From Planctomyces sp. (GTDB lineage Bacteria > Planctomycetota > Planctomycetia > Planctomycetales > Planctomycetaceae), in NCBI GenBank assembly GCA_005809115.1, contig SYLK01000433.1, positions 1 through 37,036 on the forward strand: DNA of 37,036 bases, read 5' to 3'. The notes beneath the pieces are model-generated. The model saw only the letters and a program-made list of their open reading frames with translations, did not search any database and was not told where the DNA came from. Position numbers and translations under genes: made by a program. Shown here one piece after another: positions 27,745 through 35,334 of this stretch (position 1 is its first letter; each line of letters begins with the position of its first letter).

Positions 27745-29042
27745 GGAGACAAATGCTCCGGCAAAAAGGACGCTCGCAGAAATGTATCAAACCGCTGATA
27801 ACCGGGATAAGCGCGGACACCCACGCAGATGACCTCTTTCCCGCCAGTGTTTCTCACTGCCATCGGACGCACCAGGTCATGTGCTGTGCGGCTCGAAAGT
27901 CGCGGTTCCGCGGCTTTCTGCCATTGCTGATCAATGAACGAAAACTCAGCAATCTCATACCGGCCTTCCGCGTTCTTCAGGGAGACGAGCACCACAGGCG
28001 GACTGACTGAAACGATACAGGCTCCGGCCGGGTAGCAGACAAGACCCTGACGGGCGATTTCCTGTGTGGTCCAGGTGTTGGTGGTTGAGTCCCGGTGCGA
28101 CCAGCAGACGACGGAGTCGGCGGAATCATAGTCAATCCAGATCGCGGCGAGCTGACCAGCGGGATCACGCTGCACATCCCACACGCGGGTTTCACGATCG
28201 CCCTCGGTCCGCATGACGGCAGTCAGTCCGTGAAAAAGAACCGGAAGTGTGAGGCGGCTTCCTGTTCCATCCTGCCAGGTAACGCCGCTGTCCGAACTCC
28301 GGATATGGTAGACGTCGCGAACGCGGCCCTCAACCGCCACCCCAAACAGCAGATCGACATCCGCCGTCGTTTCGTCTCCGACTGACAGTGAATAGATCCA
28401 GTCTCCGCTGATTCCTTCCCCGGGCGCAGCGTCCACCAGAACCGTTTCATCGGAAAATGAACGGCCGTGATCCTGTGACATTCGAAAACAGTACGGACGC
28501 GCACCGTCGGAATCCGTCCGGCGATAGAACAGGAGCAGCCGATCGTTTGTCGTGCAGAGGACAGGATAGGTGCTTTCTCCGTCGCAGACAACGACGGGAT
28601 CTAACCATGACGTAATGTCTCCGCTGGTCGCCGTTATGCGACTGAACATCGGGGAGTTATGCAGGCTGTAGAACACTCGCACTCGCCCCGCGTCCGGTCC
28701 GCGTGCGGGAAGATATAAAGCGGGCGGGCCATGATCGTCCAGATAATGATACTGGGCTACGACAGCAGCGAATGCCTCCCGCTCAGAAATCTGTCCAACG
28801 ACAACCTCACGACGCGATGTCATCCAGCCGGCGTAGATATTCGCCCCCGAACGGACTGCCGGCGGCGTGTTGTACCACAGGAGATTGCCTCGACCCCACA
28901 GCTCGTCGAATGAGGGTGCCGTGGTGCGCAACACGTATCCCACGGGAACCAGGATCGCAGCTGCGATGAGAACACCAGCGGTAATTCGTTTCGTATTCAT
29001 GTTCAGGAGTTCTGACACGCCCTGGCGAATCCGGGACAGCAC
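27741..29042 (-). CDS. Membrane-anchored Asp-box (BNR) repeat protein, sialidase-like beta-propeller candidate
   Basis: Two Asp-boxes are present: SQDHGRSF (nt 28455-28478) and the perfect S-x-D-x-G-x-T-W match SSDSGVTW (nt 28275-28298). An N-terminal TM helix reads ITAGVLIAAAILVPVGYVL. The likely start is the ATG at 29000 (MNTKRI). Confidence 0.55.
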   Translation of the reverse strand: MLSRIRQGVSELLNMNTKRITAGVLIAAAILVPVGYVLRTTAPSFDELWGRGNLLWYNTPPAVRSGANIYAGWMTSRREVVVGQISEREAFAAVVAQYHYLDDHGPPALYLPARGPDAGRVRVFYSLHNSPMFSRITATSGDITSWLDPVVVCDGESTYPVLCTTNDRLLLFYRRTDSDGARPYCFRMSQDHGRSFSDETVLVDAAPGEGISGDWIYSLSVGDETTADVDLLFGVAVEGRVRDVYHIRSSDSGVTWQDGTGSRLTLPVLFHGLTAVMRTEGDRETRVWDVQRDPAGQLAAIWIDYDSADSVVCWSHRDSTTNTWTTQEIARQGLVCYPAGACIVSVSPPVVLVSLKNAEGRYEIAEFSFIDQQWQKAAEPRLSSRTAHDLVRPMAVRNTGGKEVICVGVRAYPGYQRFDTFLRASFLPEHLSP

Positions 29043-29152
29043 CTCCTGACAGCGTTGTCGGCGGAGTCCTGCGAACCAGTCCCAACGCTGTCCTCAACTC
29101 CAGGGCCAACTCCTCTGCTGCGACTGGCTCAGTTCTGAGGGCCGTTCGCCTG

Positions 29153-30346
29153 TCAGGGTGCACTCCGGAGTCGAAGCAGCCAGTCGGCTGCCGTGTCGGC
29201 AATCCACGCGAATGAAGTACACGTGCCGAGGCTGCGGGCAGCCTGATGTGGCTGATAGACGAGCAGCGGCACGTATTCCCGCGTATGATCGGTTCCCGGG
29301 ACCGTCGGGTCGCACCCGTGATCACCGGTAATCACGAGCAAGTCATCGTCTGTCAGGTGATTCAGCATCTCGGGAATTGCCCGATCAATTTCCTCCAGCG
29401 CACGACCGTATCCCACCGGATCATTGCGATGACCGTAGAGAGCGTCTGTATCAACAAGGTTTGTAAAGATCAACTGGCATTCGGATTCATCCGTGGTCGT
29501 CCGCGATTCTCGCAGTGACGTCAGGTCCAGCTGATTTCGAATCGCCTGCAGAGTGAGCTGCAGCCCTTCAGCATTTCCATTGGTATGTACGGAATGCGTG
29601 ATTCCCGATCCCACGAAGATGTCGACAATCTTCCCGATCCCCAGCACCAGTCCACCCCTGTCTGCGATTCGATTCAGAACGGTGGGTTTCGGAGGTGTCA
29701 CGGCCAGATCACGCCGAGCTCCGGAAAGTCGCTTCAGGCCCATCTCTGTGCGACAATACGGCCTGGCGATGACGCGGCTGACGTTGTAATCGTCGGTCAG
29801 CAGCCCTCGAGCGATCTGGCACCAGCCGTACAGCGTTTCGAGCGGGACCACATCCGTGTTGCACGCGACCTGAAAGACACTGTCCGCACTGGTATAGACG
29901 ATGGGAAATCCCGTCGCGACGTGCCGCGGATCGAAGCGTTCGATGATCTCGGTCCCCGACGCCGGACAATTCCCGAGAATTCCCCCGCAGTCAGTTTCGG
30001 CGACAAATCGGTCCAGCAGCTCGGCTGGAAAGCCGTGCGGATACACCTGAAAGGGCTGATCCAGCACCAGGCCCGCAATTTCCCAGTGCCCTGTCGTCGT
30101 ATCCTTGCCTTTCGAGACTTCCATCATCCGTCCATAGCTGGCAAGTGGCTGAGCGACCGGAGGTACTCCCTGAACCTCGGTGATATTTCCCAGGCCGAGT
30201 GCTCCCAGATGCGGCAGACGCAGTCCCTGGCTGGCCCTTGCGACGTTACCCAGCGTGTTGCATTCCGGAATATCTCCGTAGTCCGCGGCATCCGGCAGCG
30301 CCCCGACGCCCAGGGCGTCAATCACGATGATGATCGCTCGTCGCAT
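29153..30346 (-). CDS. deoB: Phosphopentomutase
   Basis: It is collinear with E. coli DeoB from the first residues. Shared motifs include MRRAIIIVIDALGVGA, SKGKDTTTGHWEIAG, IVYTSADSVFQVAC, RVIARP and ITGDHGCDPT...GTDHTREYVPLLVY. The start at ATG 30346 fits the family N-terminus, while the listed start at 30478 adds 44 atypical residues. Confidence 0.9.
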   Translation of the reverse strand: MRRAIIIVIDALGVGALPDAADYGDIPECNTLGNVARASQGLRLPHLGALGLGNITEVQGVPPVAQPLASYGRMMEVSKGKDTTTGHWEIAGLVLDQPFQVYPHGFPAELLDRFVAETDCGGILGNCPASGTEIIERFDPRHVATGFPIVYTSADSVFQVACNTDVVPLETLYGWCQIARGLLTDDYNVSRVIARPYCRTEMGLKRLSGARRDLAVTPPKPTVLNRIADRGGLVLGIGKIVDIFVGSGITHSVHTNGNAEGLQLTLQAIRNQLDLTSLRESRTTTDESECQLIFTNLVDTDALYGHRNDPVGYGRALEEIDRAIPEMLNHLTDDDLLVITGDHGCDPTVPGTDHTREYVPLLVYQPHQAARSLGTCTSFAWIADTAADWLLRLRSAP

Positions 30347-30485
30347 CTTCAGATGACCCCCATTCGCGCCCTGGCAGCGCCTGTGACTGTCGATACCGCT
30401 GTCCTGCCGGTCCCCGGTCCGATTCGCATGACGGCCGATTCGCTTGACGGCCGGGAAAAGGGCACCTTCCGGCTGCAACCTGCGG

Positions 30486-31499
30486 CTACTGCTGCAGAGG
30501 CGCAGATGTCGGCAACTTCCACAGCAGCGAGATGGCCTGAAATATCTTCAGCTGCGATTCCACCCAGCTTCGCACAAAGGGGAATCGGATCAATCGTGAT
30601 CGACACGCCAGAACCGCTCTGCTCAGCCGCCTGAATTCTAAACCATTCAGCACGCCTGCCTCATGACTCCACTTCAACAGGTCGTTTGCCAGGTCGAAAT
30701 GTCGACCGCGCGCAGCACCGTAAACCGTTTCGCCCACCATATACCGCGCCAGACGCTTCTGACCCGATTTTCCGCTGGCTTCAAGGAGCTGAACGGCATC
30801 ACGGATAACCCGACAGCGGCTTTCCACCTTCGGGCGTGCATAAAATCCTGAGCGACTGAGACTGGAATGTTCTCGGTAGTACAGATCCGCGGGAAGATCA
30901 AAGCAGACTTTCGCACAGTAATCCTGAATCCAGGCCCGCAGAAACAGATCGATATCCTGCCAGATCGCCAGATGTTCTGCCCACATGCCGATTCTCAGGA
31001 AAGACGATTTCCTCCAGATGCAGCCGGTCCCCTGACAAATTGCGTCCTGATGAAACTGACGACTCAGCAGATCACGATCCGTGGCCACATTCCACCATCG
31101 GGCAGCGTCACCTGAGACACTGTGAAAGATCTCGCACGGAAAGACTGCCAGGTCGAGTTCTGGATGCTGCTGCATCACCTGCACGCGCTGTGACAGGCAG
31201 TGTGGAGCGAGCAGATCGTCGGTATCGAGAAAGATCAGATACTGGCCGGAACTGTGCTCGACTCCGATGTTGCGACAGGTACAGGCGCCTTTCGGTTCTC
31301 GATCACGCTCCAGCAAAGTCACGCGTGACTCAGCCGCTATGACATCGCGCATCTGCCGGAGACACGCGGCATCACTCCCGTCGTCAACGATGATCTGCTC
31401 CCAGTCCGGGTAGTCCTGCGCGCGGAGCGAAGCGAGTGTCTCCGGATACAGATCGCCACGGTTAAAACTCGGTGTGATGATCGAAATGACGGCAGCCAC
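30486..31499 (-). CDS. Glycosyltransferase family 2
   Basis: ISIITPSFNRGDLYPETLASLRAQDYPDWEQIIVDDGSD and the FLDTDD motif. Confidence 0.85.
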   Translation of the reverse strand: MAAVISIITPSFNRGDLYPETLASLRAQDYPDWEQIIVDDGSDAACLRQMRDVIAAESRVTLLERDREPKGACTCRNIGVEHSSGQYLIFLDTDDLLAPHCLSQRVQVMQQHPELDLAVFPCEIFHSVSGDAARWWNVATDRDLLSRQFHQDAICQGTGCIWRKSSFLRIGMWAEHLAIWQDIDLFLRAWIQDYCAKVCFDLPADLYYREHSSLSRSGFYARPKVESRCRVIRDAVQLLEASGKSGQKRLARYMVGETVYGAARGRHFDLANDLLKWSHEAGVLNGLEFRRLSRAVLACRSRLIRFPFVRSWVESQLKIFQAISLLWKLPTSAPLQQ

Positions 31500-31502
31500 G
31501 TG

Positions 31503-32186
31503 TCAGACCCAGAGCTTTCGCGCGCGGTAGGCTGAGAAGTCTGCAGCCCTCAGATAGCCGACGTACTCCTGGCTCAGGCAACGACGCTGACACTTTTCAG
31601 GATCCAGTCTTCGGATCAGGCGGGCCGGGTTTCCCGCCACGACGCAGTTTCCGTCCGGAAACGACTTCGTGACAATACTTCCGGCACCGACCACCGTAAA
31701 ATCACCCAGCCGCACGCCCGGCAAAATGACCGCATTCATACCGATCCAGCAATAGTCACCAATCACAACACTCTGCGTCTTATCGTGCTGGTCCGGGTCT
31801 TCAGGCAGGTGATTCGCACTGACGATTCCCACATTCTGTGCGATCCGCGTATAGTCACCGATGAAGACCTGACCGAGTCCCTGAATATAGCACCCTGGTT
31901 CATAGCCGGGACACGTATCGATCCCCACCACGATATTCTGTGGCTGGTTGATCTTGCTCGTAAAATGTACAGGCCAGTAGGCCTTTCGATTGATTCCCAG
32001 AACTTTCTGAATCAGAAATCCGGACAATGTCCTGGGCACTGGTGATTCACGCGTATTCTTCACGAAATGAAGGGGCGGCAGCCGGATGAGGGCCTCATAG
32101 AGACATCGCGCGCTGTTCCGGAACAGGAACCGGGCTGCCCGCCAGGGCAGCGTATGCAGCGGCCAGACCCGCTCAGAGAGTCGCAT
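31503..32186 (-). CDS. Left-handed beta-helix O-acetyltransferase (paralog B)
   Basis: WIGMNAVILPGVRLGDFTVVGAGSIVTKSFPDGNCVVAGNPARL. The protein aligns with paralog A along its whole length. The start is uncertain, with candidate Met codons at 32186, 32207, 32213 and 32261, all of which overlap the wzt 3' end. Confidence 0.75.
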   Translation of the reverse strand: MRLSERVWPLHTLPWRAARFLFRNSARCLYEALIRLPPLHFVKNTRESPVPRTLSGFLIQKVLGINRKAYWPVHFTSKINQPQNIVVGIDTCPGYEPGCYIQGLGQVFIGDYTRIAQNVGIVSANHLPEDPDQHDKTQSVVIGDYCWIGMNAVILPGVRLGDFTVVGAGSIVTKSFPDGNCVVAGNPARLIRRLDPEKCQRRCLSQEYVGYLRAADFSAYRARKLWV

Positions 32187-33525
32187 ATCGGGTAATACTG
32201 CTGTCATTGTCATGCATCGGCGAGTAATCAATCTGCCAGTCAAATCGAGGATGGATGGCACCGGCAGGACGGGCTGAATGTGTCAGGCCCAGATGATTCA
32301 CAGTCAGCTCATCCACGTAAAACGCAACGTCATGGCCTGCCACAAGGGAGGCTGTCAGCGGAATGTCGATGTCCACACTGACCACATACTTGCCAATGTT
32401 CAGGAAGTGTGCCGGAATAGTGACAGAACTCACGTAGCTTCCCGGTGCTCGCATCCGGTCCGCCGCCTGATGGTTGAAGTCACTTGTCGAGAGTACCAGA
32501 CTGCCGTCCTGCGCCGACAGATTCACGGAAACCCTGAGACTTCGGATCGAATTCACTATCGTGTAGCGAACTTCCACGCGCAGTGAGTCAGACGTCGACA
32601 GTCGCGTATCACAACGGCCCAGCGCGTCCACAACTGATACAGCATTCAGCCGCACGCCGCCCTTTGACGGTTCCTGCCCGGCCGGAAACGTCAGAATTCG
32701 TTCAGCCCCGCTGCCGGCCGCGAGATACCTGTCAATGATGTCAGAGGTGACCCCGGCGGAATCCAGAGTCCCATTGACCAGCAGGCAGCTCTGCCGACAC
32801 AGTCGGCGAATCGACGCCATGTTATGACTCACGAACAGGATCGTTCGCCCGGATTCACGACTGACGTCTTCCATCTTGCCGATGCAGCGAGTCTGAAAAT
32901 CGGCGTCCCCGACGGCCAGGACTTCATCGACGATCAGGATCTCCGGTTCCAGGTGAGCTGCCACCGCAAATGCCAGCCGCACATACATTCCGGATGAATA
33001 TCGCTTCACCGGTGTGTCAATGTATTTCGCACAGCCGGAAAACTCCACGATCTCATCAAATCGCCGACGAATATCGGACCGAGTCATCCCCAGAATCGCA
33101 CCGTTCAGATAGATATTCTCGCGCCCGGTCAATTCGGGGTGAAATCCTGTTCCGACTTCCAGCAGGCTCGCCATTCGCCCGCGAACACGGATTCGCCCGG
33201 TTGTCGGCGCGGTGACTCGAGACAGCAGTTTCAGCAAAGTCGATTTGCCGGAACCATTCCGGCCTATGATTCCCAGGATCTGACCCTGCTCCACCTGCAG
33301 ATTGATGTCCTTCAGCGCCCAGACGTAGTCAGACACCGCGGAGCGAGAGGCGGGAGGCAAAGAAGCGACGGTACGATCATTCACCTGCCACACGCGGGCA
33401 AATGGATCGTCCTTCCCCCGGAATCTGGCCCACCAGCGGTTGAGATCGTGCGCAATAGTGCCCGTGCCCACCTGACCCAGGCGGTACATCTTGGAGACAT
33501 TTTCAATGGAGATCGCGGTGCTCAT
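32173..33525 (-). CDS. wzt: Polysaccharide ABC exporter ATP-binding protein with a C-terminal glycan-binding-type extension
   Basis: Walker A GRNGSGKST, signature YSSGMYVRLAFAVA and Walker B ILIVDEVLAVGD. A further ~190 aa of beta-rich sequence (RLNAVSVVD...VEVRYTI...VSVNL...) occupies the position of the Wzt C-terminal domain. Confidence 0.9.
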   Translation of the reverse strand: MSTAISIENVSKMYRLGQVGTGTIAHDLNRWWARFRGKDDPFARVWQVNDRTVASLPPASRSAVSDYVWALKDINLQVEQGQILGIIGRNGSGKSTLLKLLSRVTAPTTGRIRVRGRMASLLEVGTGFHPELTGRENIYLNGAILGMTRSDIRRRFDEIVEFSGCAKYIDTPVKRYSSGMYVRLAFAVAAHLEPEILIVDEVLAVGDADFQTRCIGKMEDVSRESGRTILFVSHNMASIRRLCRQSCLLVNGTLDSAGVTSDIIDRYLAAGSGAERILTFPAGQEPSKGGVRLNAVSVVDALGRCDTRLSTSDSLRVEVRYTIVNSIRSLRVSVNLSAQDGSLVLSTSDFNHQAADRMRAPGSYVSSVTIPAHFLNIGKYVVSVDIDIPLTASLVAGHDVAFYVDELTVNHLGLTHSARPAGAIHPRFDWQIDYSPMHDNDSSITRYATL

Positions 33526-33526
33526 C

Positions 33527-33555
33527 GCTGACTGCTGACTGCTGACTGCTGACTG
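33527..33555. repeat. Heptanucleotide tandem repeat (GCTGACT x4, read as CAGTCAG on the coding strand)
   Basis: Four perfect contiguous 7-nt units span 33527-33554, with one extra G. The run ends 1 nt from the wzt ATG (33523-33525), in the 98-nt spacer after the EpsI-like gene. Confidence 0.9.
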
Positions 33556-33623
33556 ATTCCCAAAGGATCCCCGAGCGGAAAGGCATCATTCTCCGCCGGG
33601 ATTCCTGGCCAAGACCGGAGTGC

Positions 33624-34394
33624 TCATTCACGGACTGAAACGGACACGTTGCCGACGGACCTGGCCGTCATCCAGCAGGCACGCAGGATATCGCGGGTCG
33701 CGCCGTGCAGTTCCCGCAGCTTCTGCAGCGCCTCTTCGGACAGAGGACCGCGATGAGGCAACAGCACCTGACACTGCAGGCATCGGGCGGACTCGTTGAA
33801 ACCAGTATCCGACAATCGCGACGCGCCGCCGGTCAGACGCCCCAGGAGCCCCCCGTCCTGCGTTTCGTCGCCGGCGGGAGGTACCACGACAGCCCCGAGT
33901 CCATTGAAGATCGAATACAGCAGGGTCGCTTCTTCACCCGTGGGCTTCTGCAGATGCGCCAGCACATACTGCCAGTTTTCACCGGCCTCGGCGGACGACA
34001 GTGAATGTATTGACCGCCGCGTCACTTTCCAGCCTGTGGCTGTATAGCACTGCGTCAGTTCGTGCCAGCCCATAAAACCAACCTGATCGAACGCCACCTG
34101 AACCTGCAGCGAATCTCTGCGGACTGACCAGGAATGACTCCAGCCAAACATCCCGGGCACATCGGCCTGCTGCGGCTCAATGAAGGACACGACAGTCCAG
34201 CCATTGATCGTGTCCGGCAGCACCGTGCGAGACAACCGAATGTCCCCCCGCCCCGGACCCGCACAGGTTGCACTCCCGGCGACACCGAAATACCGCGCCG
34301 CGGCCTGGGCCGCGATCATCAGCCCCACAATCAGGAGAATGACGCGGGTGGAGCCTCCGGATGAATTCGCAGCCTCAGACATCGTCGACACCAT
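33624..34394 (-). CDS. EpsI-family-like (exosortase-associated) protein with an N-terminal membrane anchor
   Basis: The TM anchor is RVILLIVGLMIAAQAAA. It is followed by LPDTINGW and WHELTQCYTATGW, which fits the H-x4-C-x4-GW pattern I associate with EpsI proteins. The protein is clearly paralogous to aa ~370-540 of the exosortase ORF. Confidence 0.55.
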   Translation of the reverse strand: MVSTMSEAANSSGGSTRVILLIVGLMIAAQAAARYFGVAGSATCAGPGRGDIRLSRTVLPDTINGWTVVSFIEPQQADVPGMFGWSHSWSVRRDSLQVQVAFDQVGFMGWHELTQCYTATGWKVTRRSIHSLSSAEAGENWQYVLAHLQKPTGEEATLLYSIFNGLGAVVVPPAGDETQDGGLLGRLTGGASRLSDTGFNESARCLQCQVLLPHRGPLSEEALQKLRELHGATRDILRACWMTARSVGNVSVSVRE

Positions 34395-34406
34395 CCGCGA
34401 TTCCGG

Positions 34407-35324
34407 TCAGACATGATCCATAAATGTGCGTTCGACGCGATTGAAGATCACGATTCCCGCCGCCAGTACGACAAGTGTCACAAGGATGCTGTAGCCAAGA
34501 TGCAGTGGACTGTACTCGCCGGCGCCCAGAAATCCATATCGAAAGGTCTCCACAATCGGCGTCAGCGGGTTGGCGTTCACAATCAGGCGATATTTTTCGG
34601 GCAATGCCGAAGCCGGATAGATCACCGGCGTGGCATACATTGCCAGCTGAACGGCAAACTGCAGCAGAAAACGCAGATCACGATACTTGGTCGTGAGAGA
34701 CGAAATGATCATGCCCAGACCCAGCGACAGACCGCCCATCAGCAGCACAAGCACCGGAAACAGTGCCGCCACGGCATTCACGCGAATCCCTGTCCCTGAA
34801 AACGCATACCATCCACAGAAACACAGAAACAGTGCAAACTGAACTCCGAACCGCAGCAGATTCGACACGACAATCGACAGCGGAATGATTACGCGCGGAA
34901 AGTAGACTTTCCCGAAGATGTTCGCATTCTGAATGAACGTCTCCGACGTCTTCGTCAGACACTCGGCGAAATAGCTCCAGCACGTGATGCCGCTCAGGTA
35001 GAACAGCACCTGCGGCAGTCCGTCGGTCGGAATACTGGCGATCTGGCCAAATACGATAGTGAATACAATCGTGGTCAGGACGGGCTGAATCAGGAACCAC
35101 AGCGGACCCAGAATTGTCTGCTTGTACAGAGCCACGAAATCGCGATAAACCAGCAGCAGCAGCAGGTCCCGGTACCTCCAGATGTCCCGAACGGGAATCG
35201 AAAATAGCCCGGCCTGAGGTTCAATCTCCAGCGTCCAGTCCCCCGGATCTTCCGCGTTCAGAGCAGAATTCGATCCCTGCGCATCTGGCTCCAGTGTCTC
35301 CGGTAATTGTCTGATTGTGGACAT
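34407..35324 (-). CDS. wzm: Polysaccharide ABC exporter permease (ABC-2 type)
   Basis: DIWRYRDLLLLLVYRDFVALYKQTILGPLWFLIQPVLTTIVFTIVFG, followed by six TM segments. This is the typical Wzm/TagG/KpsM architecture. Confidence 0.85.
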   Translation of the reverse strand: MSTIRQLPETLEPDAQGSNSALNAEDPGDWTLEIEPQAGLFSIPVRDIWRYRDLLLLLVYRDFVALYKQTILGPLWFLIQPVLTTIVFTIVFGQIASIPTDGLPQVLFYLSGITCWSYFAECLTKTSETFIQNANIFGKVYFPRVIIPLSIVVSNLLRFGVQFALFLCFCGWYAFSGTGIRVNAVAALFPVLVLLMGGLSLGLGMIISSLTTKYRDLRFLLQFAVQLAMYATPVIYPASALPEKYRLIVNANPLTPIVETFRYGFLGAGEYSPLHLGYSILVTLVVLAAGIVIFNRVERTFMDHV

Positions 35325-35334
35325 GATCGGCGTG

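Noticed and set aside
30347-30478. A 44-codon N-terminal extension of the phosphopentomutase ORF.
   Set aside because: DeoB proteins begin directly at the M-(K/R)-R-A-x-I-x-V-x-D motif, which here corresponds to the ATG at 30346. The extension has no counterpart in the family.
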